From: Candidatus Pacearchaeota archaeon RBG_13_36_9
GTDB lineage: Archaea > Nanobdellota > Nanobdellia > Pacearchaeales > GW2011-AR1
NCBI GenBank assembly: GCA_001786395.1
Contig: MFWN01000051.1
Location: forward strand, 15,302-22,778
Length of the DNA: 7,477 nucleotides
Reading direction: 5' to 3'
Shown here: positions 6,138 to 7,477 of the stretch, piece by piece
Position numbering within the stretch: the first letter of the stretch is position 1
How the letters are laid out: the number at the start of each line of letters is the position of its first letter
Made by a program: the position numbers and the translations under genes
The notes under the pieces: generated by a model
Seen by the model: the letters and a program-made list of their open reading frames with translations, nothing else
What the model was told of the DNA's origin: nothing
Databases searched by the model: none

Positions 6138-7062
6138 AAAAGGGTTTGAGATAAGTTTTGCAACGATCTTTTCGCTTATTGCAGGCGCTGCCATTTTATT
6201 TCTGGCACTTTATTTTGCATCCAGATTTATTGGGAGCCAACAAACAAGGATAGATGCAGAGAGTGCTGCAAAATTAGCTGTTTTAATGGACCCTCTAGAG
6301 ACAAACATGGGGGAGAGCAAAAGCAATATCCTCAATTTCGTAACTAAAACAAGGATATACAATGACCGATGCTCAATAGATGGTAATTTTGGGAACCAGG
6401 AGATAGGCATTGCTTCCTCAGGATTCGGAGATAAATGGAAAAATCCAACTTATGGAAAAAAACAGTACAACAAATTCATCTTCTCTGATGAAGTGGAAGA
6501 AGGCAAGGAATTTTATGTTTTTGTAAAATCCTTTAACCTTCCTTTTAAAGTTTCAGACATTTTTGTATTAACAGCCAAAAAATACTGCTTTATCAGTGCT
6601 CCAGAAGTAGTCAAGGAGGAACTGGAAAGCTTAAATCCCGGAAATTTCAACTTTACAGATTCTGGCTGCCCTAAGGGAAGTGAAAAAGTGTGCTTTTCAA
6701 GCTCTTCTGGCTGTGATATCTCAGTTTATGGAGAGTATGGATATAAACAAGGGTATGTTTCCAAAGATGGGGAGAAGATGGGATATATAGGGCCTTTGCT
6801 TTATGGGGCAATTTTCTCCTCTCCAGAAGTTTACAACTGCAATGTTAAAAGATTAAAAATGAGGGCAGTTAGACTCGCCTCAGTATACCAAGATGAAATT
6901 AAAATATTAGAGAGAGCAGGCTGCAGCTCTCAGCTTGACGCTCCTTTAACAGGGCTTATTGCCTTAGCCAGCGCAGATGCTGATTTGATAGTTTTGCAGG
7001 ATGCAGCAGAGGAAATCGAAATTGTAAATTCAGCATCAGAATGCAGGCTATTTGAAAGTTAA
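6130..7062 (+). CDS. prepilin-like (class III signal peptide-like) Cys-rich extracytoplasmic protein
   Basis: 'MNKKG|FEISFATIFSLIAGAAILFLALYF' has a short basic leader ending K-G directly before a hydrophobic helix. That is the canonical shape of an archaeal PibD/FlaK-type substrate. There is no Glu at +5 as in bacterial type IV pilins. The mature part has 8 Cys. It overlaps the upstream gene by 8 nt (ATGAATAA). Confidence 0.65.
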   Translation: MNKKGFEISFATIFSLIAGAAILFLALYFASRFIGSQQTRIDAESAAKLAVLMDPLETNMGESKSNILNFVTKTRIYNDRCSIDGNFGNQEIGIASSGFGDKWKNPTYGKKQYNKFIFSDEVEEGKEFYVFVKSFNLPFKVSDIFVLTAKKYCFISAPEVVKEELESLNPGNFNFTDSGCPKGSEKVCFSSSSGCDISVYGEYGYKQGYVSKDGEKMGYIGPLLYGAIFSSPEVYNCNVKRLKMRAVRLASVYQDEIKILERAGCSSQLDAPLTGLIALASADADLIVLQDAAEEIEIVNSASECRLFES

Positions 7063-7063
7063 A

Positions 7064-7477
7064 ATGAAAAGAAAATCAAAAAAAGCACAACTAAAGATAC
7101 AGGTCCAAAAAAATCATAGATTTTCTGTCCCTCAATTTTCAAAACTAGGGCAACTGAAAATTCAGGAAATGGCGTTTATGCTACTGGCAGTTGTTGTATT
7201 TTTTGCTATTGTAGGGATGTTTTTCCTGGTTATAATGTATAATAAGTTAGTTGATTCAGCTAATCTGCTGCAAAAGGAAAAAGCAATATCTACTGCAGTA
7301 AATATTGCAAATACGCCTGAGTTTTCCTGCGGCGAGGATTTGTGCATTGATGCAGACAAGCTTCTTGTTATGCAGAATAGGCCTGATTATGAAGAATTTT
7401 GGCCAGTTGCCAGCCTTGTAGTAACTAAAATCTCTAGTGACAAGGAAATAATAGAGTGCAATGAAAAAAACTATCCC
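7064..7477 (+). CDS. membrane-anchored / prepilin-like protein, N-terminal fragment (3' end outside the window); absent from the supplied ORF track
   Basis: My own translation from ATG 7064, 1 nt after the upstream TAA, gives 138 codons with no stop up to the window end: MKRKSKKAQLKIQVQKNHRFSVPQFSKLGQLKIQEMAFMLLAVVVFFAIVGMFFLVIMYNKLVDSANLLQKEKAISTAVNIANTPEFSCGEDLCIDADKLLVMQNRPDYEEFWPVASLVVTKISSDKEIIECNEKNYP. It has a basic leader, then a roughly 24-residue hydrophobic helix, then a Cys-containing polar region. An alternative start is ATG 7169. Confidence 0.55.
   Translation, partial: MKRKSKKAQLKIQVQKNHRFSVPQFSKLGQLKIQEMAFMLLAVVVFFAIVGMFFLVIMYNKLVDSANLLQKEKAISTAVNIANTPEFSCGEDLCIDADKLLVMQNRPDYEEFWPVASLVVTKISSDKEIIECNEKNYP

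Noticed and set aside
5750-6410. Three minus-strand ORFs (5750-6013, 5982-6194, 6210-6410)
   Set aside because: All are embedded antisense in the two plus-strand pilin-like genes, which have coherent architecture and coupled junctions. These are shadow ORFs.
7162-7359. 65-aa minus-strand ORF
   Set aside because: It is antisense to the uninterrupted plus-strand frame starting at ATG 7064. That frame continues to the window end and has the same architecture as the two preceding genes.
1-7477. Compositional (GC) shift suggesting a horizontally acquired island
   Set aside because: Hand counts on individual 60-nt lines range from 9/60 G+C (line 3001) to 28/60 (line 6661). Values scatter within every block, for example 14/60 at line 541 and 26/60 at line 1201 within the same gene. 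I could not define a clean boundary by eye. A sliding-window GC and codon-usage calculation would be needed.
1-7477. CRISPR arrays, tRNA/rRNA genes, IS elements or terminal inverted repeats, and toxin-antitoxin pairs
   Set aside because: There are no regularly spaced direct repeats, no cloverleaf-capable GC-rich segments in the two short spacers, and no transposase- or integrase-like ORFs. Coding density leaves only 138-nt and 93-nt non-coding gaps.
1-7477. Alternative genetic code (for example UGA recoding, as in some CPR lineages)
   Set aside because: All ORFs with recognisable domains are full length under the standard code. Eight of the nine observed stops are TAA and one is TGA (4467-4469), which terminates the HD protein at a plausible length. 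No in-frame TGA interruption is needed to explain any gene.

Overview
AT-rich prokaryotic window with no rRNA, tRNA, CRISPR array or transposase visible. It holds ten tightly packed CDSs, two of them cut by the window edges, arranged in three blocks. Block 1 (3-3095, + strand) is a translationally coupled operon: an unrecognised C-terminal ORF fragment, a GT4-type glycosyltransferase, a P-loop protein whose Walker-A region resembles the HPr-kinase C-terminal domain, and a class I SAM methyltransferase. Block 2 (3234-5507) holds three different phosphoesterase folds side by side: a HAD-IA hydrolase (+), an HD-domain phosphohydrolase (+), and on the minus strand a fusion of a histidine phosphatase with a transglutaminase-like Cys-His-Asp domain. 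Block 3 (5601-7477, + strand) encodes three consecutive proteins. Each has a basic N-terminus, one hydrophobic helix and a Cys-containing extracytoplasmic region, which resembles class III (prepilin-type) signal peptides. The last of these is missing from the supplied ORF track because it runs off the window. The first gene of each transcription unit has a TTTAA(A)T-type box centred about 26 nt upstream of its ATG, while internal genes have GGAG-type Shine-Dalgarno sites or overlapping stop/start codons. That pattern, plus the pilin-like N-termini lacking the bacterial Glu+5, makes me lean towards a low-GC, small-genome archaeon (DPANN-like). A CPR-type bacterium cannot be excluded from sequence alone. 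The candidates most worth follow-up are the pilin-like triad, the HprK-like kinase inside a glycosyltransferase/methyltransferase operon, and the phosphatase-transglutaminase fusion. All functional calls rest on motif recognition by eye; no database search was run.
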